Source: an uncultured Candidatus Saccharibacteria bacterium
GTDB lineage: Bacteria; Patescibacteriota; Minisyncoccia; Phycocordibacterales; UBA918
Assembly (NCBI GenBank): GCA_964350735.1
Contig: CAYGKO010000002.1
Span: 26,134 to 90,133, forward strand
Length of the DNA: 64,000 nt
Reading direction: 5' to 3'
A program made the translations under genes and the position numbers. This document shows positions 50,778 through 59,735 of the stretch, in pieces (the first letter of the stretch is position 1; every line of letters starts with the position of its first letter). A model generated the notes under the pieces. The model did not search any database. It saw nothing but the letters and a program-made list of their open reading frames with translations, and had not been told where the DNA came from.

Positions 50778-52733
50778 TTGGGTAATTGTATGTATATGGT
50801 ATCTGGAAACGACATCCGCACAAAGTACTTAGCTTTTATGGAGAAAAACGGCCACGCTGTCGTACCTTCATCCGCCTTAGTGCCAGAAAATGACCCAACC
50901 ACACTTTTTACCGGCAGTGGAATGCAGCCCATGGTTCCTTTTTTGCTGGGCGAAACGCACCCGAAGGGTACGCGTATAGCTGATTCGCAGAAATGTTTTC
51001 GAGCGGAAGACATTGAAGAGGTTGGTGACAACAGTCACACCACTTTCTTTGAAATGCTGGGCAACTGGTCACTCGGTGACTACTTCAAGGCGGAGCAAAT
51101 ACCTTGGATTGCCAGCTTCTATCTTGATGAAGTTGGACTTGATCTGAACAATTTCTACATAACTGCCTTTATTGGTGACGAGGTAGCTGGAGTACCCAAA
51201 GATACTGAGGCAGTTGAAATTTGGCAACAACTATTAGCAGACCGTGGGGTCAGTAATGGTGTGGGAGAAATGGGTTCAGCTGACGAGGCCGCTAAGCGTG
51301 GCATGAAAGACGGGGAGCGTATCTTCTACTATGACGCTAAAGAAAACTGGTGGAGTCGGGCTGGGGTACCCGACAATATGCCTATCGGTGAACCTGGTGG
51401 GGGTGACAGCGAGATGTTTTATGATTTTGGTACTGAGCATGATCCAAAGTTTGGTGAGCACTGTCATCCTGCTTGTGACTGCGGACGCTTTATGGAGATC
51501 GGCAACTCAGTCTTTATGGAATACATCAAAACTGACAATGGTTTTGAGTCTTTACCAGCCAAGAATATTGATTTTGGTGGAGGATTAGAACGAATTGCAG
51601 CAGCAGTAAACAACGATCCTGATGTTTATAAAGTTGATTTACTTTGGGGAGTTATCCAGAAAATCGAAGAGCTATCTGGCAAAAAATACAATGATAACAA
51701 AACAGCGTTTAGAATAATCACGGACCATATTAGAGGAGCAGTGTTTATGATTAATGACGGTGTTCTGCCCAGCAATACTGATCAGGGATATTTCGTTCGT
51801 CGCCTACTGCGGCGAGCGGTGCGCTATGCTGATCAACTTGAAATTGAAAGTGGTCAATTCCCAAAAATTGCTGACGGTGTAATTAATCTTTTTAAAGAGC
51901 ATTACCCTTCACTTGAGGAGCACAAACTAGAAATTAAGGGAGCAATCTCTGCAGAAGAAATCCAGTTCCGAAAAACTTTAGAAAAAGGCATGAAGCAATT
52001 CAACAAACTTTCGCTACAAGTACACGTGAATACAAAAATAGTCGATGGTAAAAAAGTAATCGACAAAGACACTGCTCGAGGCGTAAAAGCTATCAGCGCC
52101 CAAAATGCTTTTGATTTATTTACCACATACGGTTTTCCAATTGAACTAACTGAGGAAATCGCGGCTGAAAAAGAACTGGTTGTTGACCGTAAGGGCTTCG
52201 AAAAGCTAATGGAAGAGCATCGAACTTTATCTCGGGCTGGTGCCGAACAAAAATTCAAAGGCGGCTTAGCTGATCAGTCAAACATTGTTGTCCAGTACCA
52301 CACAACCACTCACCTTATGCTTGCAGCTTTACGCCATTTCCTTGGAAATCATGTACACCAAGCTGGTTCAAATATCACTGGTGAACGCATGCGTTTTGAT
52401 TTCACTCATCCTGAAAAAATTGAGAGAGAGACGCTCGATAAAATTGAAAATTGGGTAAATAGTGCTATCAAGACTGGAGGATTGGTAACTACAGATATGA
52501 TGACCAAAGATGCTGCTCAGGCTGACGAAACTATTGAAGCCAGCTTCTGGGACAGGTATCCTGATGAAGTGAAAGTGTACTCAATGACCGGAACTGATGG
52601 TACTGTGTTTTCTCGTGAACTATGCGGCGGTCCACACGTAGAAAAACTTGAAGATATTAAGGGTGAGTTCAAGATAAAGAAAGAGGAGTCTTCATCGGCT
52701 GGGGTCCGTCGAATCAAAGCAACACTCGTGTAG
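50778..52733 (+). CDS. alaS: alanine--tRNA ligase, short form lacking the C-terminal C-Ala/DHHA1 domain
   Basis: FFEMLGNWSLGDYFK, the FTGSGMQPMV region, and editing-domain HTTTHLMLAALRHFLGNHVHQAGS and CGGPHV motifs. The ORF ends at 651 aa where AlaRS is usually about 870. The true start may be 50796 (MVSGND). Confidence 0.85.
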   Translation: MGNCMYMVSGNDIRTKYLAFMEKNGHAVVPSSALVPENDPTTLFTGSGMQPMVPFLLGETHPKGTRIADSQKCFRAEDIEEVGDNSHTTFFEMLGNWSLGDYFKAEQIPWIASFYLDEVGLDLNNFYITAFIGDEVAGVPKDTEAVEIWQQLLADRGVSNGVGEMGSADEAAKRGMKDGERIFYYDAKENWWSRAGVPDNMPIGEPGGGDSEMFYDFGTEHDPKFGEHCHPACDCGRFMEIGNSVFMEYIKTDNGFESLPAKNIDFGGGLERIAAAVNNDPDVYKVDLLWGVIQKIEELSGKKYNDNKTAFRIITDHIRGAVFMINDGVLPSNTDQGYFVRRLLRRAVRYADQLEIESGQFPKIADGVINLFKEHYPSLEEHKLEIKGAISAEEIQFRKTLEKGMKQFNKLSLQVHVNTKIVDGKKVIDKDTARGVKAISAQNAFDLFTTYGFPIELTEEIAAEKELVVDRKGFEKLMEEHRTLSRAGAEQKFKGGLADQSNIVVQYHTTTHLMLAALRHFLGNHVHQAGSNITGERMRFDFTHPEKIERETLDKIENWVNSAIKTGGLVTTDMMTKDAAQADETIEASFWDRYPDEVKVYSMTGTDGTVFSRELCGGPHVEKLEDIKGEFKIKKEESSSAGVRRIKATLV

Positions 52734-52749
52734 TTTTCCTCATTGTTCG

Positions 52750-52786
52750 TATAACAGCGCGTACGCTTTGCGTACGCGCTGTTATA
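52750..52786 (+). terminator. long perfect hairpin (tataacagcgcgtacgc-ttt-gcgtacgcgctgttata)
   Basis: 17-bp perfect inverted repeat directly after alaS. It has no strong U-tract and could be a terminator or an RNA-processing site. Confidence 0.5.
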
Positions 52787-52794
52787 CTAGTCAT

Positions 52795-53988
52795 ATGTTT
52801 TCACTCGGCAAACACGGTCCTGACGGCAAATACGGAGCCATTATTGATATTGGATCAGGGAGTGTTGGTGTGGCAGTAGTTGTGTCCGAACCTGGACAAA
52901 AATTACCTAAGGTCATCTGGACTCATCGTGAGCACACGAGTATTAAAGATATTGAGAGTATTCAAGCTGCTTCAAAAGACATCACCACTGCGATTATAAA
53001 TGCGTTTCTTGAAGTCTCTAATACTGGCGGCAAAAAACTGCGTGAATACGACAAGGGGGCAAAAATAGCCGAAGTTCAAATCACAATCTCTGCTCCATGG
53101 TCGTATACCATCAGCAAGACTGTTAACTTCGAAGATCCAGTGATGTTTAAAGTTACACAGGCACTTTTAGACGATCTTGAAGCAACAGCTAAAAAAGAAA
53201 TTGCTGCAGTCTTAGAATCTAATGATGTGATGAGTAAATTGGGATTATCCGTCATCTCTGAGAGCACACTTAACATCACAGCTAACGGATACCTCATCAA
53301 CCATCCTGATGATCAAATGGTCAACACCCTTTCTTTAAGTCAGATTGATGGCGTAGCAGAGGAGAAAATGCTTGCTGTTGTATACGACGCTAAAGATAAG
53401 GTATACCCAAAAGCTAAACAAAATACGCATACTTTTATGAACGTATTTTTTAGCACTCTTACAAATCTGCACCCGCAATCGACCGAGATATGCCTCATTG
53501 ATGTAACTGCTGAAGCAGTTGAGCTGGGTATAGTACGTGATGGAATTCTACAGTACGTTACTCATATTCCGTATGGTACTTATACTATAGCTAGAGAAAT
53601 CAGCGGTCTCTGTAGCATCCCTAAAACTGAAGCGCTAGCGTATATAAAAAATACTGACGCCTTACTGCTGCCAAACTTGTCAACAGCAAAGGAAGCGGAA
53701 TTTAAAGCCATTATAGATTCTTTTGAGGAAAAAATAGCCGATCTTCTTAAGCGAACTGGTGATGCGCTCTCAATCCCAAAAACTATTTATATTCATACGG
53801 ACTCACTGTCTGAAGTTTTCTATAAAAAGCGCATCGTAAATGCGACCAAGCGGGCAACCCAAGCAGATCACTCTGTTCATTTGATAACCTCCAAGTTGTT
53901 TGGTAAAAGCGACTCCAGTGACAGCGCGATTCTGCTCTCAGCATTTGTTTTCCACAAAAAAAATATCGACTCTACGTTCAGGATGTAA
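52795..53988 (+). CDS. actin-fold (ASKHA) ATPase, FtsA/PilM-like
   Basis: Phosphate-1 AIIDIGSGSVGVAVV. The phosphate-2/adenosine region CLIDVTAEAVELGIVRDGILQYVTHIPYGTYTIAREIS aligns to FtsA VALIDIGGGSTTIAVFQNGHL..RVIPLGGENITKDIS. I moved the start to 52795 so the ORF does not begin inside the hairpin. Confidence 0.5.
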   Translation: MFSLGKHGPDGKYGAIIDIGSGSVGVAVVVSEPGQKLPKVIWTHREHTSIKDIESIQAASKDITTAIINAFLEVSNTGGKKLREYDKGAKIAEVQITISAPWSYTISKTVNFEDPVMFKVTQALLDDLEATAKKEIAAVLESNDVMSKLGLSVISESTLNITANGYLINHPDDQMVNTLSLSQIDGVAEEKMLAVVYDAKDKVYPKAKQNTHTFMNVFFSTLTNLHPQSTEICLIDVTAEAVELGIVRDGILQYVTHIPYGTYTIAREISGLCSIPKTEALAYIKNTDALLLPNLSTAKEAEFKAIIDSFEEKIADLLKRTGDALSIPKTIYIHTDSLSEVFYKKRIVNATKRATQADHSVHLITSKLFGKSDSSDSAILLSAFVFHKKNIDSTFRM

Positions 53989-54002
53989 TTAAAGGTATAC
54001 TA

Positions 54003-55313
54003 GTGAGTATTATGGATAAAAAGTGGAACCTTCAAGACATCAAGCCAGTAGAACGCAGAAAGCGATCTACGCCCCCAGAAATGCGCCCACAACGGGAAGC
54101 TGCCCCCAAACGTACTGTCTCAAGTACTGACGATGGGACGATGCACATAGAAATCAAAGACGGCAAGAAGAAACGTCGTTTTAGTTTTGTATCAATCATA
54201 CTAGTTTTTGCCTTAATTATTACGGCAGTATTTACTGCCAGTTATTTAACTAGTGGCGCTGAAGTTACGGTATTTCCTCGACATCGTGAACCAAATGTAA
54301 ATGCCGAATTTACTGCCTATAGAATTCCACAAACTGATGAGCTGGCTTACGAAATCCTCACCCTTGAAGCAGATGGCGAGCGACAAGTGAGCGCTACTGG
54401 TCAAGAAGATGTGACTGAATTAGCTACTGGGGTACTAAACGTCTTTAAAACTACTGAAGGAGCTCAGCGACTTATCAAAAACACCCGTTTTGAAGCACCT
54501 GATGGTAGGATTTATCGAGCAAAAGAAACGGTTATTGTACCTGGAGCAGTAGATGGTACCCCAGGATCTATTAGAGCTGAGGTATTTGCTGATGTTGCAG
54601 GAGAAGAATACAATCTAAATTCTGCAAAGTTCACCATCCCTGGACTGGAAGATGATGAAGCGTTATTCAACGCTATTTATGCAGAGGTGGCAGACCCGAT
54701 TGCAGGTGGATTCTCTGGCCAAAAATTTATCATTGATGATACTGAACTAGCAACCGCAAAACAGGCCTTACAGATGGAATTGCGCGATGCTTTATTAGAG
54801 CGAGTGCCTAATGAAAAACCAGCTGGTTTCGTTGCGTTTGATGATGCAGTAACATTTACGTACGAATCCCTGCCGGCAGTAGAGTACGGGGAAAACCTTG
54901 CTACTATCAAAGAGAAAGCTTTGCTTCAGATCCCACTCTTTAAGCGCGAGGAGTTTGCAGCCTACTTAGCCGCTGCAACAGTGCCTGGATACGAAGATAG
55001 TCCTGTTAGAGTCAATGACTATGATGTGCTTTCCTTCAACTACACCTCAGCTACAACATCATCATCAAATATCTCTAATTTGGACTCAGTGACATTCAAA
55101 CTTATTGGCCGACCGCTGATTGTGTGGACATACGATGCAGGCAAGCTGTCTACTGACCTAATCGGAGCAGCAAAGACTGCATTACCGAGTATCTTAGGAG
55201 GTTATCCTGCGATTGAAAAAGCCGAAGCGGTTATCCGACCATTCTGGAAACGATCGTTTCCGACCTCAATTGCCGACATAGAAGTCATAGAAGTAGTAGG
55301 AGAAGCAGAGTAA
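54003..55313 (+). CDS. bitopic membrane protein: basic cytoplasmic N-tail, one TM, extracytoplasmic domain of about 350 aa
   Basis: Lys/Arg-rich residues 1-58, TM FSFVSIILVFALIITAVFTASYL, then a beta-rich domain. Immediately follows the actin-like ATPase. Confidence 0.45.
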   Translation: MSIMDKKWNLQDIKPVERRKRSTPPEMRPQREAAPKRTVSSTDDGTMHIEIKDGKKKRRFSFVSIILVFALIITAVFTASYLTSGAEVTVFPRHREPNVNAEFTAYRIPQTDELAYEILTLEADGERQVSATGQEDVTELATGVLNVFKTTEGAQRLIKNTRFEAPDGRIYRAKETVIVPGAVDGTPGSIRAEVFADVAGEEYNLNSAKFTIPGLEDDEALFNAIYAEVADPIAGGFSGQKFIIDDTELATAKQALQMELRDALLERVPNEKPAGFVAFDDAVTFTYESLPAVEYGENLATIKEKALLQIPLFKREEFAAYLAAATVPGYEDSPVRVNDYDVLSFNYTSATTSSSNISNLDSVTFKLIGRPLIVWTYDAGKLSTDLIGAAKTALPSILGGYPAIEKAEAVIRPFWKRSFPTSIADIEVIEVVGEAE

Positions 55314-55327
55314 TGTGTACAGCTCTA

Positions 55328-55356
55328 TTGACCTTTCTTACTCAGTCTGTTAAACT
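55328..55356 (+). promoter_or_regulatory. candidate promoter TTGACC-N17-TAAACT upstream of infA
   Basis: Seen directly in the sequence; the spacing is 17. Confidence 0.4.
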
Positions 55357-55368
55357 CACTCCCGTTTA

Positions 55369-55587
55369 ATGTCAGAGCAACAAAAAGAGGAACTTGTCTA
55401 TGGAACCGTCGAAGAGGCGCTACCAAACGCTCTTTTTCGTATTGTTCTTGACGATACAAACGAGACCGTACTAGCATATCTAGCAGGAAAGATGCGACGC
55501 TTCCGTATCCGAGTGTTAGTGGGCGACAAGGTGGCTATTGTTTCCGATCCTTATGGAGGAAAAGGAAGAATAACTAAACGACTGTAA
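55369..55587 (+). CDS. infA: translation initiation factor IF-1
   Basis: S1-like fold: GTVEEALPNALFRIVLDDTNETVLAYLAGKMRRFRIRVLVGDKVAIVSDPYGGKGRITKR aligns to E. coli IF-1. Confidence 0.88.
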   Translation: MSEQQKEELVYGTVEEALPNALFRIVLDDTNETVLAYLAGKMRRFRIRVLVGDKVAIVSDPYGGKGRITKRL

Positions 55588-55599
55588 AATATAATTAAT

Positions 55600-55716
55600 A
55601 TGAAAGTTCGATCATCATTAAAACTACGAGGAAAAGGAAGCTTTTTCGTTAAGCGAAAAGGTGTGCTGTTTATGCGCAACAAGAAGAACCCTCGACTTAA
55701 TGCTCGACAAGGCTAA
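55600..55716 (+). CDS. rpmJ: 50S ribosomal protein L36, Cys-less variant (38 aa)
   Basis: My own translation: MKVRSSLKLRGKGSFFVKRKGVLFMRNKKNPRLNARQG. It has an L36-like N- and C-terminus (MKVR...RQG) and the canonical infA-rpmJ-rpsM position. It is absent from the ORF track. Confidence 0.7.
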   Translation: MKVRSSLKLRGKGSFFVKRKGVLFMRNKKNPRLNARQG

Positions 55717-55725
55717 CGCAACACT

Positions 55726-56103
55726 ATGAGAATTTCAGGTATTACAATTCCAGACGACAAACATCTCTCACACGGCCTTACCGCTGTATACGGGATCGGC
55801 TACTCTCGTGCTGCTGACATCCTTACGGAGCTCAGTATTGACCCGGATATCAAGCCAACTGATCTTTCAACTGATCAAGAGACTGCCATCCGAGAGAAAG
55901 TTGAGAGTTTTTCTATTGAAGGAGAACTTAAGCGAAAGATCTCATCAGACATCAAGCGATTGAAGGATATTTCTTCATACCGCGGATCACGACACGCAAA
56001 GCGTCTACCAGCTCGAGGACAGCGAACTAAAACAAATGCTCGTACCCTCAAAGGAGCTAAGAAGACTATGGGTAGTGGTAAGCGTAAGCTTGAAAAGACG
56101 TAA
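55726..56103 (+). CDS. rpsM: 30S ribosomal protein S13
   Basis: MRISGITIPDDKHLSHGLTAVYGIGYSRAADIL aligns to S13. Confidence 0.9.
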   Translation: MRISGITIPDDKHLSHGLTAVYGIGYSRAADILTELSIDPDIKPTDLSTDQETAIREKVESFSIEGELKRKISSDIKRLKDISSYRGSRHAKRLPARGQRTKTNARTLKGAKKTMGSGKRKLEKT

Positions 56104-56143
56104 AATTATTAGTAACTTTTCATCTTGTATTTGAAATTGACCT

Positions 56144-56575
56144 ATGGGTAAGAAACGAATCATAAAAAAAGGTGGTGGATCAGATGTAGCGGGAACTTCG
56201 CGCGCTCTTAATCGTATCCCTAAAAAGAAAGTTGCTGTTGGGCGTCTTAACATCCTAGCTACTTTTAACAACACACTAGTGACTTTATGTGACCAAAAGG
56301 GAAACAGCATCATTGCTGCTTCTTCAGGAGCACTTGGCTTCAAAGGATCACGAAAAAGTACTCCATTTGCAGCGGCAAAAGTAGGAGAAATCATTGGTGA
56401 CAAAGCACAACAGATGGGTATGAAGGAAGCAGAAGTTGTTATTAGAGGAGTTGGAGCTGGACGAGAATCTGCACTCCGTGCATTTGCGGGTAAAGGTATT
56501 TCAGTCACTAAGATTGTTGACCGAACTCCAGTACCACACAACGGGCCACGTCCTAAAAAGGCTCGTCGCGTTTAA
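56144..56575 (+). CDS. rpsK: 30S ribosomal protein S11
   Basis: The conserved S11 core NNTLVTLCDQKGN...GALGFKGSRKSTPFAAA...RGVGAGRESALRA. Confidence 0.9.
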   Translation: MGKKRIIKKGGGSDVAGTSRALNRIPKKKVAVGRLNILATFNNTLVTLCDQKGNSIIAASSGALGFKGSRKSTPFAAAKVGEIIGDKAQQMGMKEAEVVIRGVGAGRESALRAFAGKGISVTKIVDRTPVPHNGPRPKKARRV

Positions 56576-56588
56576 TCTATATTTGCTT

Positions 56589-57197
56589 ATGAAAATTGGA
56601 CCAAAATTCAAAATTGCAAAGCGTCTCGGAGCACCGATCTTTGAGAAAACTCAAACTCAAAAGTTTGCTCTTTCTGAAGCTCGTGGTGGACGCATGAAAA
56701 AGCGACGACCAGGTAATATGTCTGACTACAAGCGTCAGCTCATTGAAAAGCAAAAAATGCGTTTCAGCTACGGAATCACCGAAAAACAACTTCGTCGATA
56801 TGTTAACGAAGCAGTAGCAAAAAGTCATCAACCTGCCAACCTTCTCGTTGAACGTCTAGAGTCTCGACTCGACAATGTCGTGTACCGAATGAAACTTGCT
56901 AAAACCCGTCAAATGGCTCGGCAAATGGTTGCTCATGGGCACATCTGTTCAAACGGACGTAAACTGACTATTCCTTCTCACAAAGTTAAGATCGGTGAGG
57001 TAATTACCGTACGAGAGGGTAGTAAATCAGCCAAACTGTTTGAAAACTTTACTGATGAACATGAAGCTGCTGGGGTTCCAGCGTGGGTCAAGTTTGATCC
57101 AAAAAAGCTTGAGGGGAGTATGGTAGCACTACCGGTCTACCAACCAACAGAAACACTATTCGATCCTGCACAGGTGCTTGAGTACTACAGCCGATAA
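56589..57197 (+). CDS. rpsD: 30S ribosomal protein S4
   Basis: MKIGPKFKIAKRLGAPIF... and the S4 domain LESRLDNVVYRMKLAKTRQMARQMVAHGHI. I chose the start at 56589 over the track start at 56436. Confidence 0.9.
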   Translation: MKIGPKFKIAKRLGAPIFEKTQTQKFALSEARGGRMKKRRPGNMSDYKRQLIEKQKMRFSYGITEKQLRRYVNEAVAKSHQPANLLVERLESRLDNVVYRMKLAKTRQMARQMVAHGHICSNGRKLTIPSHKVKIGEVITVREGSKSAKLFENFTDEHEAAGVPAWVKFDPKKLEGSMVALPVYQPTETLFDPAQVLEYYSR

Positions 57198-57229
57198 AGT
57201 ACATTTAGTAACACATAAGAAAAATCATC

Positions 57230-58189
57230 ATGTTAGAAACAAATGTATCACTACCAAGCAAGCCACGTGTAGTTAAAGAAGAAGAATTCCACGGCGTCTA
57301 CGAAATCGATGGCCTTTTTCCTGGTTACGGACACACGCTCGGTAACTCTCTTCGACGAATCATCCTTTCTTCACTTCCAGGTGCTGCAATTACACATGTG
57401 AAGATTGATGGAGTTAAGCACGAGTTTGACACCATTGATGGCGTAAAAGATGATGTCATCACAATCCTTTTAAACCTTAAGCGGATTCGACTGGCGCTTC
57501 ATGGTGATGAACCAGTTACGGTTACACTAAAGAAGTCTGGGGTTGGTATGGTTACAGCTGCTGATATCGAATCACCTTCACAAATCGAAATTCTCAGTCC
57601 AGAACAACCAATTGCTGAAATCACGAGCAAAAGCGCTACCCTGGATATGGAAATTACAATCGAGCGTGGCCTTGGTTATGTTGCACGGGAAGTGCACGCT
57701 AAAGAGAAGGTGGAGATTGGCACAGTTGCTCTTGACGCCGTATTTACTCCAATCCGCCGAGCTAACTACGAAGTTGAAAACATGCGTGTCGGTGATCGAA
57801 CAGACTACAACCGACTTCGTATAGCGATCGAAACTGATGGTACTCTCACTCCTCGAGAAGCACTTGAGCAGTCAATTGAAATCATGATCCACCAACTTAA
57901 AGCGGTGATTGGATTCCAAGATACTACTCCTGTTGCAGCTGAAGTTGAGGCTCCAGCTGAAGCTGAGGAAAAGAAAGATGTAGATCCCGACGTACTGAAG
58001 ACCCGAATTGAAACTCTAGATCTATCAGCACGAACATTAGCTGCCTTGGAAGAAGCTAACATTCGAACTGTTGGAGGGCTTGTGCGAAAGAAAAAAGATG
58101 ATATTCTAGCGCTCGACGGAATCGGTCCAAAAGGAGTTGATGAAATCACTGAGCTCCTAAGCACAATGGGTGCTGAATTGACTGAATAA
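57230..58189 (+). CDS. rpoA: DNA-directed RNA polymerase subunit alpha
   Basis: NTD GYGHTLGNSLRRIILSSLPGAA and the alpha-CTD HhH (LDLSARTLAALEEANIRTVGGL). Confidence 0.92.
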   Translation: MLETNVSLPSKPRVVKEEEFHGVYEIDGLFPGYGHTLGNSLRRIILSSLPGAAITHVKIDGVKHEFDTIDGVKDDVITILLNLKRIRLALHGDEPVTVTLKKSGVGMVTAADIESPSQIEILSPEQPIAEITSKSATLDMEITIERGLGYVAREVHAKEKVEIGTVALDAVFTPIRRANYEVENMRVGDRTDYNRLRIAIETDGTLTPREALEQSIEIMIHQLKAVIGFQDTTPVAAEVEAPAEAEEKKDVDPDVLKTRIETLDLSARTLAALEEANIRTVGGLVRKKKDDILALDGIGPKGVDEITELLSTMGAELTE

Positions 58190-58201
58190 TTCTGAACTAC
58201 T

Positions 58202-58552
58202 ATGCAACACGGTAAACAAAAAAGAACATTAAGTCGGCCAGCGGGACAACGCACTGCTCTTATTCGTGGTCTGGCAATCTCATTAATTGAGAACGGACAA
58301 ATCACTACAACGTCTGCAAAGGCAAAAGAACTACGTCCGTTTGCTGAACGACTAATTACAATCGGCAAAGAAGGAACTATAGCAGCCCGCCGAAAAGCAG
58401 CCGCTAAACTTGGTGAACCAGCAGCTTCTGTTGTAAAAAAGCTTTTCGATGAGCTAGCGCCAAACTACACAGAACGAAACGGAGGATACACTCGTATTAT
58501 CAAAATGGGTCAGACAAGTGGGCGTGACGAGTCTGTAATTGAATTTGTATAA
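58202..58552 (+). CDS. rplQ: 50S ribosomal protein L17
   Basis: The KRTLSRPAGQRTALIRGLAISLIENGQITTT pattern of L17. Confidence 0.9.
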   Translation: MQHGKQKRTLSRPAGQRTALIRGLAISLIENGQITTTSAKAKELRPFAERLITIGKEGTIAARRKAAAKLGEPAASVVKKLFDELAPNYTERNGGYTRIIKMGQTSGRDESVIEFV

Positions 58553-58556
58553 GCTT

Positions 58557-58919
58557 ATGACAACCACAGACACAACAAAAACTCACGTAATTGACGCTGC
58601 TGGCAAGCGACTCGGAAAAGTTGCTACTGAAGCAGCCACCATTTTGATGGGGAAGGATACACCAGACTTCGCAAAGCATATTCTTACTGAAGTATCAGTA
58701 AAAATTGAAAATGCAAGCAAGCTTGATGTTCCTGAAAAGAAAAAGGGAGAAATCTACCAGAGCTACTCTGGGTACCCAGGGGGACGAAATGAAGAAACTT
58801 TAGAGCATCTTGGTAAACGACTAGGGTACGCTGAAGTGGTACGTCGTACAGTAAACGGCATGCTTCCAAAAAATAAATTACAAGCTCGCATGATGAAGAA
58901 TCTCGAGGTAACTGAATAA
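58557..58919 (+). CDS. rplM: 50S ribosomal protein L13
   Basis: HVIDAAGKRLGKVATEAATILMGK aligns to the L13 N-terminus. I chose the start at 58557, directly after the rplQ stop. Confidence 0.85.
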   Translation: MTTTDTTKTHVIDAAGKRLGKVATEAATILMGKDTPDFAKHILTEVSVKIENASKLDVPEKKKGEIYQSYSGYPGGRNEETLEHLGKRLGYAEVVRRTVNGMLPKNKLQARMMKNLEVTE

Positions 58920-58923
58920 GTAT

Positions 58924-59325
58924 ATGGCAACTGCAAAATACATTGAAGGTATCGGACGTCGAAAGACCGCATCAGCGCGAGTTCGTTTGACTCCAGCCAA
59001 AGAAACCACTATCGATATTAACGGAAAGAAGTTAGAAGAATACTTCCCACACCTTTCACTACAAAGTGACGTGCAGTCTATTCTTAGTACTGCAGAGGCT
59101 GGTATTGAGCACTACACCATCACTGCGAAAGTATCAGGTGGAGGTATCTCATCTCAAGCCGAAGCAATCCGACTTGGAATTGCTCGTGCTCTGGTAAAAG
59201 AAAAGGCAGACCGACGTGGTGTACTGAAGCCACTTGGTTTCCTTAAGCGAGACCCGCGTTCAGTGGAACGTAAGAAGTTCGGTCTCCGAAAAGCTCGTCG
59301 AGCACCACAATGGTCGAAGCGTTAA
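58924..59325 (+). CDS. rpsI: 30S ribosomal protein S9
   Basis: GRRKTASARVRL... with the C-terminal KFGLRKARRAPQWSKR. Confidence 0.9.
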   Translation: MATAKYIEGIGRRKTASARVRLTPAKETTIDINGKKLEEYFPHLSLQSDVQSILSTAEAGIEHYTITAKVSGGGISSQAEAIRLGIARALVKEKADRRGVLKPLGFLKRDPRSVERKKFGLRKARRAPQWSKR

Positions 59326-59343
59326 TCTATACATACGTAAAAC

Positions 59344-59371
59344 AAAAAAAGCCCAATTGGGCTTTTTTTGT
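59344..59371 (+). terminator. rho-independent terminator (aaaagcccaattgggcttttttt)
   Basis: Palindromic GC stem with a T7 run after rpsI. Confidence 0.75.
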
Positions 59372-59374
59372 TTA

Positions 59375-59600
59375 CTGTGAGTTCGTACCACTGTATGCCT
59401 ACCAAATATATATTTGTCCTCCAAGGCACAGAACCAGCGTGGGTTCTGTACAGCTCCTCATCCTCAGCAGCATTCTTTGACGAGAAAGTTGAGCGACTTG
59501 CGTTCACACAACCTAGCTTCAAAAGAATGATCAGTCGTCTGTAGAGCAAGACGGTGATGATCCATTCCCACTTACAAAAGCAAGTGGTGTATACATAATA
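59375..59600 (+). ncRNA. candidate small structured RNA (about 220 nt) with its own intrinsic terminator; alternatively a 49-aa ORF (59395..59544)
   Basis: Three local hairpins (ACAGAACC-agcgtg-GGTTCTGT; the tgatca...tgatca stem; CCACTT-acaaaagc-AAGTGG). Then GTGTATAC...GTACTACAC followed by a T7 run at 59590-59600. It lies between the rpsI terminator and the grpE promoter. Confidence 0.3.
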
Positions 59601-59697
59601 CTCCGTACTACACTTTTTTTATATTAGACAACACATGTCAAGGATGTACAATAGTTTCAGGCTCAAAATATGAGAAAATAGCGAATCAAAATTATTT

Positions 59698-59726
59698 TTG
59701 ACGGGAATAAAAATCGACGGTATAAT
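59698..59726 (+). promoter_or_regulatory. consensus-like sigma70 promoter for grpE-dnaK-dnaJ (TTGACG-N17-TATAAT)
   Basis: The hexamers and the 17-nt spacing are read directly, 10 nt upstream of grpE. No CIRCE inverted repeat is present. Confidence 0.55.
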
Positions 59727-59735
59727 GCGTACGCT

